From a virus (Duplodnaviria; Caudoviricetes): 59,491 bases of DNA. This document shows positions 45,895 to 54,159 of this stretch, piece after piece. Below the pieces are notes generated by a model. That model was not told the origin of the DNA. It searched no databases and was given only the letters and a program-made list of their open reading frames with translations. The stretch is from positions 1 to 59,491 of IMG/VR virus record IMGVR_UViG_3300044691_000368. The stretch is one strand, 5' to 3'. Numbering within the stretch: position 1 is the first letter of the stretch; every line of letters starts with the position of its first letter. The position numbers were made by a program, and so were the translations under genes.

Positions 45895-46935
45895 TCATGC
45901 TGGCACCTCGGCCAACTCTGGCACGTTGTAGAAAAGGCCTAGCTGAGGCCGTATACAGTGAGGCGAAAACCAGATCCGCTCACGCGCGGCATTCTCCCGG
46001 CCAGTTCCCTCACCCTGCGACCCGTAGCCGCCGCGAGATTTCCACGCGACACACTCCCAACTATCCGGCATCTCGTGTTCGCCGTCGTAACCGCACAATG
46101 CAATCCGTAGCTCACGGTTGTCGCCGTTCTCTATCGCCCAGCGGCGAACATCGTGCGCGACGGCCGAGGAATCTGAGGCGTAGAGGTCATCCTGCCGCCC
46201 TGCGGTATCAGCGTAAGGCGGATCGAGGAAGACACCCGTGATGCCATGCTTGAAGGTCACAGAAGGGCCGCAGATGCGTTCCCAATCGCCACAGCAGACA
46301 CGCACCTTGCGGAGCCTCTCTGCCAGTGCAAGCATGTACGCGGAGAGGGGCGATTGCACGGTGCGGTTGATGCCCTTGCCCTTGGTTGCTAGATGGGGAC
46401 GCTTTTGATCTAGGCACGACTCCTCCGTGCCCGCGTCCCCGAGGTGAGGTAGCTTACGGTGTACGCCCGTGCCCGCGCCCCCGAGGTGAGGTAGCTGCCT
46501 GTTTACTCCTCGGCCCGCGTCCCCGAGGTGAGGTAGCTGCACCGAACACCATCCCGAGCCAATCCAGATACACTGTCCCCATACCCACCATCCTGCAATC
46601 TTGGCATCATAAAACTCCGGATCAACCTTCATTCGTTCGCGAAACTCTTCCTGAGAGCAGAGCCATAAATGCTTGGCGTGCTGGTCTGCTTCGTTCACCG
46701 GTTCATCGGCGTAGCGCGTCACGGACTCGGGATCGTTCTGCAACGCACGCCAGAAGTTGGCAACCATGCAATCCAAGTCGTTGATCGTCTCGGTGCCGGG
46801 GTCAGTCTCGCGCCCTAGCAGCACCGCGCCAGATCCGAAGAAGGGTTCGACATAGTTCGGGACGTCGCCGAGGCGTGACCATACGAGGTCGCTCACGCGA
46901 GACTTCCCGCCAAACCATGGAAACGGTGCTTTCAT
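45895..46935 (-). CDS. DNA adenine methyltransferase (Dam/D12 class)
   Basis: PFPWFGGKS, YVEPFFGSG, ETINDLD, FLDPPY. Confidence 0.92.
   Translation of the reverse strand: MKAPFPWFGGKSRVSDLVWSRLGDVPNYVEPFFGSGAVLLGRETDPGTETINDLDCMVANFWRALQNDPESVTRYADEPVNEADQHAKHLWLCSQEEFRERMKVDPEFYDAKIAGWWVWGQCIWIGSGWCSVQLPHLGDAGRGVNRQLPHLGGAGTGVHRKLPHLGDAGTEESCLDQKRPHLATKGKGINRTVQSPLSAYMLALAERLRKVRVCCGDWERICGPSVTFKHGITGVFLDPPYADTAGRQDDLYASDSSAVAHDVRRWAIENGDNRELRIALCGYDGEHEMPDSWECVAWKSRGGYGSQGEGTGRENAARERIWFSPHCIRPQLGLFYNVPELAEVPA
46429..46538 (-). repeat. 42-bp-period tandem repeat inside the methyltransferase (LPHLGxAG x3)
   Basis: GCCCGCG(T/C)CCCCGAGGTGAGGTAGCT at 46429, 46471 and 46513. Confidence 0.9.
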
Positions 46936-47150
46936 CTGGCTCCCTTACACCAAGCCAGCAAAGACTCGCGCCGGATCGTCAAGCTCTCTTCCATGCCGGG
47001 AGTCCAGCGTTTTAGAAGGTAGTCGTATGCGGTGATGGTCTCGGCATACTCCCGCTTACACCTTGTGCATCCCATCTTTTGGGTGTAGCGAGATAAGGAC
47101 TCAATAGGTTCGAGGTCGTGGCCTGAGAGCAGGCAGAGGAGGAGGTTCAC
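46932..47150 (-). CDS. Hypothetical protein
   Basis: LCLLSGH...CTRC. Confidence 0.5.
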   Translation of the reverse strand: MNLLLCLLSGHDLEPIESLSRYTQKMGCTRCKREYAETITAYDYLLKRWTPGMEESLTIRRESLLAWCKGAR

Positions 47151-47980
47151 GCCTTAGCGTCCTTGTCTAGCGTGACGATAACCGTGTTGACGAGCGTCCC
47201 CGATTCCTTGAACGAGCCGGTAGGCAGGTCGATGAGTTCGCCGCAGCCCTCAATCAACGAACGGACGGACTCGTATTCTGTTTCCCGTCGGAACTTGACG
47301 CCCGCACCCATGATGCTGACAAGTCGCCCGCCCGGCTTCAGCAATGAATAGGCGTGGAGGACGTGCTTTGCGTCAGCCCTATTCTCAAATGGAGGGTTCA
47401 TGACGATGCGGTCGTAGAGATATTCCGGAGCCTCGACGGTCCATTGCGTAAAATCCATACATTCGATCAGAACCACAGCCTGAGACTCGTACCGCGCCTG
47501 CATGGCCCCCGATAATTCTGAGTTCAACTCAACTGCGCGAATCGTCGTTGCAATGAGCGGCGGCCCTCCGTCCCGAGCAAGCAACACCCGAAGAGCGGCA
47601 TCGATCAATGCTCCGCTCCCCGCGCTCGGCTCAAGTATTCTTTGGCCGCGCTTCAGATCTGCCATCTCTACGAGCCGGTCGGCTAGACCCCCTGGGGTTG
47701 GGAAGTATCCGTTTTTGGAGAGTGGGGTAATCTCTCCAGAGACGATGACGCCCTCAAGCCTCTCCGTGGTCTGGTGAGGCTGGGAGGCGAACAGATGCGC
47801 CTTTGCCTTCGTGTTCCACTTGCCGCCGATCTCCACCAAGACTCGATTCACCGTCTCATAGAGTTTGCGGTCGAGTTGACCCGCAACGATTCGAACCTCC
47901 GCGCCACCGTTGGTACCGCCGTGCACTGTGCATGCACTCAAAACTGCCAATGCTTCTTCTGGTATTTGAATCGTTCTCAC
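47147..47980 (-). CDS. SAM-dependent amino-methyltransferase (probable N6-adenine DNA MTase)
   Basis: YFPTP, ILEPSAGSG, MNPPF, LKPGGRLV, FKESGT. Confidence 0.88.
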   Translation of the reverse strand: MRTIQIPEEALAVLSACTVHGGTNGGAEVRIVAGQLDRKLYETVNRVLVEIGGKWNTKAKAHLFASQPHQTTERLEGVIVSGEITPLSKNGYFPTPGGLADRLVEMADLKRGQRILEPSAGSGALIDAALRVLLARDGGPPLIATTIRAVELNSELSGAMQARYESQAVVLIECMDFTQWTVEAPEYLYDRIVMNPPFENRADAKHVLHAYSLLKPGGRLVSIMGAGVKFRRETEYESVRSLIEGCGELIDLPTGSFKESGTLVNTVIVTLDKDAKA

Positions 47981-48405
47981 GCAGCCTCTTTCTTCACGCC
48001 CACGGCCGAGCAGATGTCAATCACCACCTGGGTCTGCACTTCGTTGAAATTCCCTATGTGGCAGTTCCCTGCCTCGATTCCCATCTCTTGCGCCAGCCAG
48101 AGGTAAGCTGCATGTCTGGCCTTGTGCTCATCCCACCCGCTCATCACTGCAGCAGCACGCCAGAGCTGGTCGAAGAAGAAGTTTGCTTTGACCTTCAGCG
48201 CCCTCAATTGCCCGTTCGCCAGCCTGCCCATTGGTTTGTGTACCGGGGAGTTCCTGTGTGCTGGCACCCATGCATGGCACGGAAGGCAGATCCAAATCAG
48301 TCCATCACGGTTGGCACGGTTGACGTTGTAGACGAACCCTTTGTCGGCAAGCTCCGCGTCTTTATGGCAGTAGGGACACTCTGGGGCAACAATAACGCCC
48401 GTCAT
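47977..48405 (-). CDS. Zinc-finger protein (DUF3268-like)
   Basis: CPYC, WICLPCHAWV, GRLAN, FDQLW, AYLWLA, CHIG. Confidence 0.8.
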   Translation of the reverse strand: MTGVIVAPECPYCHKDAELADKGFVYNVNRANRDGLIWICLPCHAWVPAHRNSPVHKPMGRLANGQLRALKVKANFFFDQLWRAAAVMSGWDEHKARHAAYLWLAQEMGIEAGNCHIGNFNEVQTQVVIDICSAVGVKKEAA

Positions 48406-48589
48406 CGGGCCGCACCCACGCGGTCCACAAGCCTCTCAAACCGCTTGCGCCGCACATATTCGAGGATTCTTTGGCCTATGAGAGGGACTGACACGCAAAG
48501 GCAGGCTAGGAGCAGTACGACAAGATCGAAGAACATCAGTTTGCTCCAAGGGGAATGAGAACCGACAATAGCACCAAATGAAGAGGAAA

Positions 48590-48650
48590 GTACAGACATA
48601 ATTATCTCTAAAATTATGTCTGTACATAAGTGTCCATAGATTGGTACTAT
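48590..48650. promoter_or_regulatory. Divergent control region: 14-bp inverted repeat operator and extended -10 for xis-int
   Basis: GTACAGACATAATT-N8-AATTATGTCTGTAC (48590-48625); TGGTACTAT at 48642-48650. Confidence 0.7.
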
Positions 48651-48668
48651 TCGCCAGAGGTAATAACA

Positions 48669-48884
48669 GTGACCCAAGCAAATAAGAACGTCCCAGCGAA
48701 TAAGCGCGTGGCCGACAGGCTCTCCGGCGAGATCATGACCCCCAGTGAAGCCGCAGACTTACTGCGCGTTTCGCGACAAACAGTAGTTAGACTGTTCGAG
48801 CAAAAGAAGATACCGGCGCAAAAGATTGGTGTCCTCTGGCGTTGTAAGCGTTCAGAGATTGACAAATTTATGTCCCCAGCCTAG
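48669..48884 (+). CDS. xis: Excisionase-like HTH protein
   Basis: MTPSEAADLLRVSRQTVVRL...IPAQKIG..WR....IDKF; AGAGGT RBS; directly upstream of int. Confidence 0.8.
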   Translation: MTQANKNVPANKRVADRLSGEIMTPSEAADLLRVSRQTVVRLFEQKKIPAQKIGVLWRCKRSEIDKFMSPA

Positions 48885-48914
48885 CATCGGTCAACCGTCC
48901 ACAGGGAGACATAA

Positions 48915-50159
48915 GTGTCCACATCTCGCTATCAACTCGGCTCGCTAGAGAAGCGTAAGTCTGCGCAGGGATTGACTTGGTACCTGCGCTTCCACCAGAC
49001 GGAGGGCGAAGCTGTCCAACGTCCTCGGGTAAGAGTCGGGCTGGTCGCTGAGTTTTCCACAAAGGCCGAACTGAACCGCGCCCTTGAGAAGGCCAGACGT
49101 GAATTCAACACGCCGGAAGCCGACAAGCCCAAGCCTGTCGCGCTATTCCGCCACCTCGTCGAGCAGTACGAGTTGAAGGAGATGCCGGAGCGCTACTCCA
49201 CCTCGCAGAGCTATCAGTCCATGGTGCGGGTGCACATCCTTCCGAAGTGGGGCCACATGCCTGTAGCCGAGGTCAGGCCGGGCGCCGTGAAGGATTGGCT
49301 GTTGGGCCTGCATACCGTCCCGCGCAAGCCGCATCATGCTTCGCGGCCGCTGGCGCCCAAGACTATAGGGCATGTTCGGGGGCTGATGAGCGTGCTGTTT
49401 CGCTATGCGATGCTGCACGACTACATCCCGGCGGCAGTGAATCCCATGACGCTCTTCCCGTTATCCACGGCGCGATTGAAAGAGCCTCGCATCCTGACCG
49501 TTGTCGAGTTCAAGAATGTCGTCATCGAACTGACCACGGAGCCATTCCGCACCATGGTCATCACCGCCGGATGCCTGGGCCTCAGTTGCTCTGAGCTTAT
49601 CGGCATCCGATGGGAGGATGTGGACTGGATCGGCAAGAAGGATGGACCCGCTGTCAGTATTCGCACCGGCGTGGTCAATGGACGGGTCGGGGGAGTCAAG
49701 AACAAGTTCCGCAAGAAGCCCCTGCCCCTACACCTGATCCTCGTCAAGGTGCTGCAGTCTCACTTCCAGAGTTCCGAGTTCCGCAGGCCGGATGACTGGG
49801 TCTTTGCCAGCCCCCATGCCGTCGGCGAGAGCCCGTACAATCCCGGCGACGTTCTGAAAAAGTACATCCGCCCCGCTGCGATCGATATGGAAATCAAGCG
49901 CATGAAGGCCGAGAAGGGTAACTCCCACCTCACCTCAGCGGAATACGCCCACGCCATCGCCCTCGGCAAAGAGATCGGCTGGCACACGTTCCGGCATTCC
50001 TACCGGGCCTGGCTGGGCGATAGCGGAGCCAAGATGGAGATCCAGCGCGATCTCATGCGCCATTCAAACATCAGCACCGCAATAGACACCTACGGGGGAA
50101 CCTTCCCCGAAGGGCTGAGAGAAGCGAACGCTAAAGTCGTGGAAGGATTGCTGCAGTGA
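48915..50159 (+). CDS. int: Tyrosine integrase
   Basis: N-terminal arm-binding domain, SELIGIRWEDVD, GWHTFRHSY, MRHSNISTAIDTY. The usual first catalytic Arg position reads GLSCSE. Confidence 0.93.
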   Translation: MSTSRYQLGSLEKRKSAQGLTWYLRFHQTEGEAVQRPRVRVGLVAEFSTKAELNRALEKARREFNTPEADKPKPVALFRHLVEQYELKEMPERYSTSQSYQSMVRVHILPKWGHMPVAEVRPGAVKDWLLGLHTVPRKPHHASRPLAPKTIGHVRGLMSVLFRYAMLHDYIPAAVNPMTLFPLSTARLKEPRILTVVEFKNVVIELTTEPFRTMVITAGCLGLSCSELIGIRWEDVDWIGKKDGPAVSIRTGVVNGRVGGVKNKFRKKPLPLHLILVKVLQSHFQSSEFRRPDDWVFASPHAVGESPYNPGDVLKKYIRPAAIDMEIKRMKAEKGNSHLTSAEYAHAIALGKEIGWHTFRHSYRAWLGDSGAKMEIQRDLMRHSNISTAIDTYGGTFPEGLREANAKVVEGLLQ

Positions 50160-50160
50160 A

Positions 50161-50340
50161 AATTGCCCCCCAATTGCCCACCAAATCAAATAAGGCTTTT
50201 GATTTCAATACTAACTATCGCCTCATAACCCAAAGGTCGAGGGTTCAAATCCCTCCCCCGCAACCAAACCCCAATAAAATTGACCATCCGCGTCCTCCGC
50301 AGATATCCCTCAGCGGTCGAATTGCCCCGCAATTGCCCCA
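50161..50340 (+). mobile_element. attP: core = 3' half of tRNA-fMet (50222-50266) flanked by paired AATTGCCC(C) arm-type repeats
   Basis: CTCATAA-CCCAA-AGGTC-GAGGG-TTCAAAT-CCCTC-CCCCGCA-A-CCA; arm repeats near 50161, 50172, 50320 and 50331. Confidence 0.88.
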
Positions 50341-50567
50341 AGGGTTTTCCACACCATGCACCGCCTATCTCACGTTGGCAAGTGGTTTACCACTTTGTGG
50401 TGTAGCAGACAAAAGACTTCCGAGTCATCGAAAATTCTTATTGTCTTTTTCCGTAAGTGCGGTTACTGTTTTGGTTCGTCGGCTACTCGACTCAAATGTT
50501 ATTCCTTGCAGGCCATTTTCCCTTCGTAAGCTCTGTGTAGCGCATTCACGCGCCAAAGGAGCTTTCA

Positions 50568-50759
50568 ATGAAAACTCGTCTGGCTTTATTCTTCGCCTTT
50601 GTTCTGTTCAGCCTCTTCGCGTCTATGCAGGTTGCCACGCGCAACCATGCGTCCGTTCTCGCGCAAGCCGGCCCGGTTGGAGATCCAACTCCGTGTCCCC
50701 CCGCCTGCAGCTCCCTCAAGGCGCCGGCCCCGTTGCCGGTCAAGCCTCACAAGAAGTAG
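50568..50759 (+). CDS. Secreted Pro/Cys peptide precursor (63 aa)
   Basis: AAGGAG RBS; MKTR plus hydrophobic core; VLA-QA cleavage-like site; GPVGDPTPCPPAC. Confidence 0.75.
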   Translation: MKTRLALFFAFVLFSLFASMQVATRNHASVLAQAGPVGDPTPCPPACSSLKAPAPLPVKPHKK

Positions 50760-50770
50760 TCCTCTCGCAG

Positions 50771-50792
50771 GGCGCTTCCTCATGGGGGCGCC
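50771..50792 (+). promoter_or_regulatory. Hairpin covering the RBS of the 7-TM gene
   Basis: GGCGCTTCC-TCAT-GGGGGCGCC ends immediately before TTG 50793. Confidence 0.6.
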
Positions 50793-51641
50793 TTGCATAC
50801 TAAAATCACCCACCTCCAGCTTGTCATCTGGATTGCCGTCATAGTTGGTCAACTGGCAGTCGGCCTGTGGTCCTATAGGCGGCGCAACGCCGTCCTTGTG
50901 GTTTATCTTGGCGTCGAGGTTGTCCGCGCCGTCTGTGTCTTCACTGTGGCCCACCTAGCCTCAGCACATGCCTACTACATCGCCTATTGGATAGGATGGT
51001 TTGTCGATTACGCCGCCCAAGTCTATCTCGTGGTGGCCATCTTCCAGACGATCCAGAAAACCGGTATCCCCAGCCGGTATCCTATGCTCCTTCATGTCTT
51101 CGCCGGCTGCATGTTCGCGCTTGCCATATTGACCTTGCGCTTTCCACTGCTAAGCAACATCGACCCAGGCTGGAAGTGGATGCTGACGATTGACCACGTG
51201 GCGCTCTATTGGCTCTGCCTGATGCTCGCCGTGGTGCCGTTCTATGCGTGGATGGTCGACTCCGCGAAAGATACCCGCCTGTTGCTGATTTACCTAGGAT
51301 TCGCACTCTATGTTGCAGTTCGCTCCAACGCGGTCGATACCGCCATCGGAACCCATCTGGCTGTTCGGCCCACCCACATCACCGAAATCGCATACCTCGT
51401 CTCCCTCGTTCTATGGATCATCTCCTCCAACTACCAAGTCGCTAGTCATCAATGGGACCCCGCCCAGACGGAAGCTCTGAAGACGGCCCTCCGCGCAAAA
51501 CACCGGAGCAATCTCCACGAACTCTCAGCCCTGGAAAGGTCCCGCACACATGAATTCCATTTATTCCGGAGCAGCAACTCTCCTGGCCGGAGCCCTCATC
51601 GCCAACATGGCTCGTCGAAACTCAAGCGGCAAAAGCGTTGA
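50793..51641 (+). CDS. Polytopic membrane protein with about 7 TM helices and no catalytic domain
   Basis: Seven hydrophobic segments counted by eye; YYIAYW, GFALY, AYLVSLVLW; short polar tail. Confidence 0.8.
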   Translation: MHTKITHLQLVIWIAVIVGQLAVGLWSYRRRNAVLVVYLGVEVVRAVCVFTVAHLASAHAYYIAYWIGWFVDYAAQVYLVVAIFQTIQKTGIPSRYPMLLHVFAGCMFALAILTLRFPLLSNIDPGWKWMLTIDHVALYWLCLMLAVVPFYAWMVDSAKDTRLLLIYLGFALYVAVRSNAVDTAIGTHLAVRPTHITEIAYLVSLVLWIISSNYQVASHQWDPAQTEALKTALRAKHRSNLHELSALERSRTHEFHLFRSSNSPGRSPHRQHGSSKLKRQKR

Positions 51642-52065
51642 AACCTTCATCCGCAGCATGCGTACCCTATCCAAAGCCGGAGAGGAGTCTATGAACGAAG
51701 TCAACTGCGGCAAGGATCCGAACAAGGATCTGACGCCCGTGCATCTCTCAAGATATGACATCTGGACGCTGTTCTGGAATTCGAGGTTGAATGTGTGCAT
51801 CGCCAACCTAATGCGGGTTTCTGAACCGGACAATCCAGCGTGGGAGTTGATCCTGCGCAAGATGCAAGCCGGCCACGGAGAGGTTTGCCGGCTCGCTCGT
51901 CAGATGATTCTTCTTTCCGCAATCAAGCCCATTGTTGGTAGACTCGGGTTGGGCATGTACGCCCACGTTCTTCTATGGACGTATGGAGAGGAGTTGGAGC
52001 TCCTGAGCCAAATCTCAGAAAGATGTAGTCCTCTGGAGGGAACCGCCATTCGGGCGATCTTGTGA
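51550..52065 (+). CDS. Hypothetical protein with N-terminal hydrophobic anchor
   Basis: Overlaps the 7-TM gene end; GAAAGG RBS. Confidence 0.65.
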   Translation: MNSIYSGAATLLAGALIANMARRNSSGKSVETFIRSMRTLSKAGEESMNEVNCGKDPNKDLTPVHLSRYDIWTLFWNSRLNVCIANLMRVSEPDNPAWELILRKMQAGHGEVCRLARQMILLSAIKPIVGRLGLGMYAHVLLWTYGEELELLSQISERCSPLEGTAIRAIL

Positions 52066-52442
52066 CTATGGATTCACGCGAAGTAATGGACGATTTAGAT
52101 CGTCAGATAGAACGGATGGAGGCTCAGCTCAAACTCCTCAAGTCTCTGCGCGCCGGCCACAAAAAATTGGTCGACATGCCCCAAGGAGAAAGCTCTCCAG
52201 CCACCCGTTTTTACAACATGAGACCCCTGATCGCCGTGCGTCAGATATTGACGGAACGTGGCAAGCCGATACCTTTAGACGAATTGCGCCAGATCCTTAT
52301 CGAGGGCGGAATTACGATCGGGAAGAAGCGCGGCGTCCACAACATCAACAAGGGCATTGAGATAAGCGTTGGCATAGACGAGTTGACCAGCACCGGCAAG
52401 AATGAGTTGATCGGCCTGCCTGAGTGGCAAAAGAAAAAGTAG
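52062..52442 (+). CDS. Coiled-coil plus winged-helix-like putative DNA-binding protein
   Basis: LDRQIERMEAQLKLLKSL, then AVRQILTERGKPIPLDELRQILIEGG...IGLPEW; GTGA coupling. Confidence 0.6.
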   Translation: MTMDSREVMDDLDRQIERMEAQLKLLKSLRAGHKKLVDMPQGESSPATRFYNMRPLIAVRQILTERGKPIPLDELRQILIEGGITIGKKRGVHNINKGIEISVGIDELTSTGKNELIGLPEWQKKK

Positions 52443-52466
52443 TTCGACACGCGAGCCGGTAACAGA

Positions 52467-52495
52467 AAAGCCCTCTTTCGGAGGGCTTTCCGTTT
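52467..52495 (+). terminator. Intrinsic terminator closing the four-gene cassette
   Basis: AAAGCCCTC-TTTCG-GAGGGCTTT followed by CCGTTT. Confidence 0.75.
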
Positions 52496-52703
52496 GTAAT
52501 GGGCAGCTTTATTGGCTCGTTTGAGACGGTGGCCTTGCACTCCATAAAATACCGCCCCCATCACAAATCTTTTGTGCCAGCCGCCCCCGTGGTTGGAGTG
52601 CTCCTGCGAACAGGAAGCAGCACGGGAGGCGACCGGCGAGGCTCAACCGCTTTGCGCGGGAACCCAGATGTCACAATAGCACTGAGTTGACAGGTTTTAT
52701 TCA

Positions 52704-52768
52704 AGACATAATAAAAGACATAAATTGAGAGATAAATCTTGACTTAAATAAGTCTACAGGACTATGGT
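52704..52768 (+). promoter_or_regulatory. Rightward early promoter with operator-like repeats
   Basis: TTGACT(52739)-N18-TATGGT(52763); AGACATAA at 52704 and 52716; palindrome GACTTAAATAAGTC over the -35. Confidence 0.6.
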
Positions 52769-52798
52769 CTCGTTATCGGCTGTTGGAGGCTGATAACG

Positions 52799-53011
52799 AT
52801 GTCAAATAACCCACGCATAGCTAGGGTTCAATGGAACCCCCGCATGAGCAGCAAGCGCCTGAACGAGCTGCTCAACACCCCAAACATCACCGAAGACGAT
52901 GAGGACGCCATCATGGGCGAACTCTGGTTGCGGGACGCTGAGGAGCTTCCGTATGACTCTCCGTGCCTTGACTACTCCCTTCAGCAGCATGAAGCGATGG
53001 GAGGCCGGTAA
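52799..53011 (+). CDS. Hypothetical early protein
   Basis: GGAGG RBS; first gene after the promoter. Confidence 0.6.
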   Translation: MSNNPRIARVQWNPRMSSKRLNELLNTPNITEDDEDAIMGELWLRDAEELPYDSPCLDYSLQQHEAMGGR

Positions 53012-53400
53012 TGGGACATGCAGCTTACATGCGAGGCTCCAAGGCGCTGAGGGGCAGGATCGACAGCGATATCCAAGAGGCACGCGCCCGTGGAGTTATG
53101 TTCATGGTGGCAGTTGAGCACCCGAAATTCCTCCCCTCTCCAGTAGTGGTCCCCGTTGTGGCCACGTCTGCTCCCTCTCTCCCGGCTCGGGTCTGGGTGC
53201 CAATTCTTGATCGTTGCATGCGCGTAGGTCCGGCGAATCGCCATCAGTGCGAGGTTTGCCACAAGCCCACCGGCGTGCAGCTAAACCGTGGATTTCACTG
53301 GTCGGACAGACTTCGGGTTTGGATCAATACCTGCCTCGTTTGCTCCGACTACGTTCGCATGGACAACCAACAGCAGCAGCACTACAAGGGAGGCCGCTAA
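53011..53400 (+). CDS. Hypothetical zinc-finger protein
   Basis: CEVC...CLVC; TAATG coupling. Confidence 0.55.
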   Translation: MGHAAYMRGSKALRGRIDSDIQEARARGVMFMVAVEHPKFLPSPVVVPVVATSAPSLPARVWVPILDRCMRVGPANRHQCEVCHKPTGVQLNRGFHWSDRLRVWINTCLVCSDYVRMDNQQQQHYKGGR

Positions 53401-53615
53401 TGGCTAGAACTCTCCCTTGGGATCCGAACAGGCTCGGCAAGTGCGAGTTCCCCGACTGCAACGGCACGGGGAAGCTCGTCCTGATGCGCCCCTCCAAGCT
53501 CTACGGCTGCGGCACAGAGACCTACGCAGTTGATTGCCCTTGCTGCCTCGGCTCTGGGCGCAAGCCTCCAACCGTGGCCGATGGAAAGATGGCTGCTTCT
53601 GGAGGTGCCCGATGA
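53400..53615 (+). CDS. Small zinc-finger protein
   Basis: CEFPDCNGTG...CPCCLGSG; GGAGG RBS. Confidence 0.55.
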   Translation: MARTLPWDPNRLGKCEFPDCNGTGKLVLMRPSKLYGCGTETYAVDCPCCLGSGRKPPTVADGKMAASGGAR

Positions 53616-53907
53616 GCACACGCGCCTTCATGTTTGCCATTCCCCTCAGCACCGCGGCATGGGCCTGCATTTATCTCGTCGTGCGGATGGTGACGGCATG
53701 ACCTTCCACCACCTCTTATTCGGCTACTTGGTCCCCGCATGGCTAATTGTTGGGGGACTTCTCTTGCTCCGTCGGATGTTCATCGATGGAAGCCCGTTCA
53801 GTGGAGATCGCACATGAGAATCATCTACTCGCTGCTCCAAGTTTCCCGCAATGTCTGGCAGTTCAACATCCACGAAGTTCCAGCCAAGCCTAAGACGGCG
53901 GTGACCT

Positions 53908-54159
53908 ATGTCAATTAGCCCCTGCCGGATGATCGACCATCTCTGCCTCGCCAATCGCGCCTACCAGGTCTTGTACGCGCTCGGGGAAACATCAAGCACG
54001 GTGCGCACCTTGGAGCCGAGTGAAGCTGCCTGTCTCGTCGGCATCGTGCAGGACTTGCTCGCGCCTGACAAGGAATTTACTGAGCTTGATTGCTTCCTGT
54101 TTGGCGCAATGTCGCGCGGGATGATCGCTTACGTTGCCGGATCGGAGGCTGCGGCATGA
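53908..54159 (+). CDS. Hypothetical protein
   Basis: Small ORF ending EAAA, typical of coupled early genes. Confidence 0.45.
   Translation: MSISPCRMIDHLCLANRAYQVLYALGETSSTVRTLEPSEAACLVGIVQDLLAPDKEFTELDCFLFGAMSRGMIAYVAGSEAAA

Noticed and set aside
46429-46538. Possible mini-CRISPR array
   Set aside because: Spacers are only about 16 bp, the period is in frame within a methyltransferase gene, and no cas genes are present.
50222-50266. Complete tRNA-Met gene
   Set aside because: Only the anticodon loop through CCA is present. The upstream sequence gives no D-arm or 5' acceptor strand, so it is treated as the att core.
50156-50803. 215-aa ORF spanning attP
   Set aside because: It runs across the att core, the arm repeats and the peptide gene in another frame, and has no recognisable domain.
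52687-52712. TTGACA...CATAAT as a sigma-70 promoter
   Set aside because: The spacer is only 14 bp; the CATAAT is better explained as part of the AGACATAA repeat.
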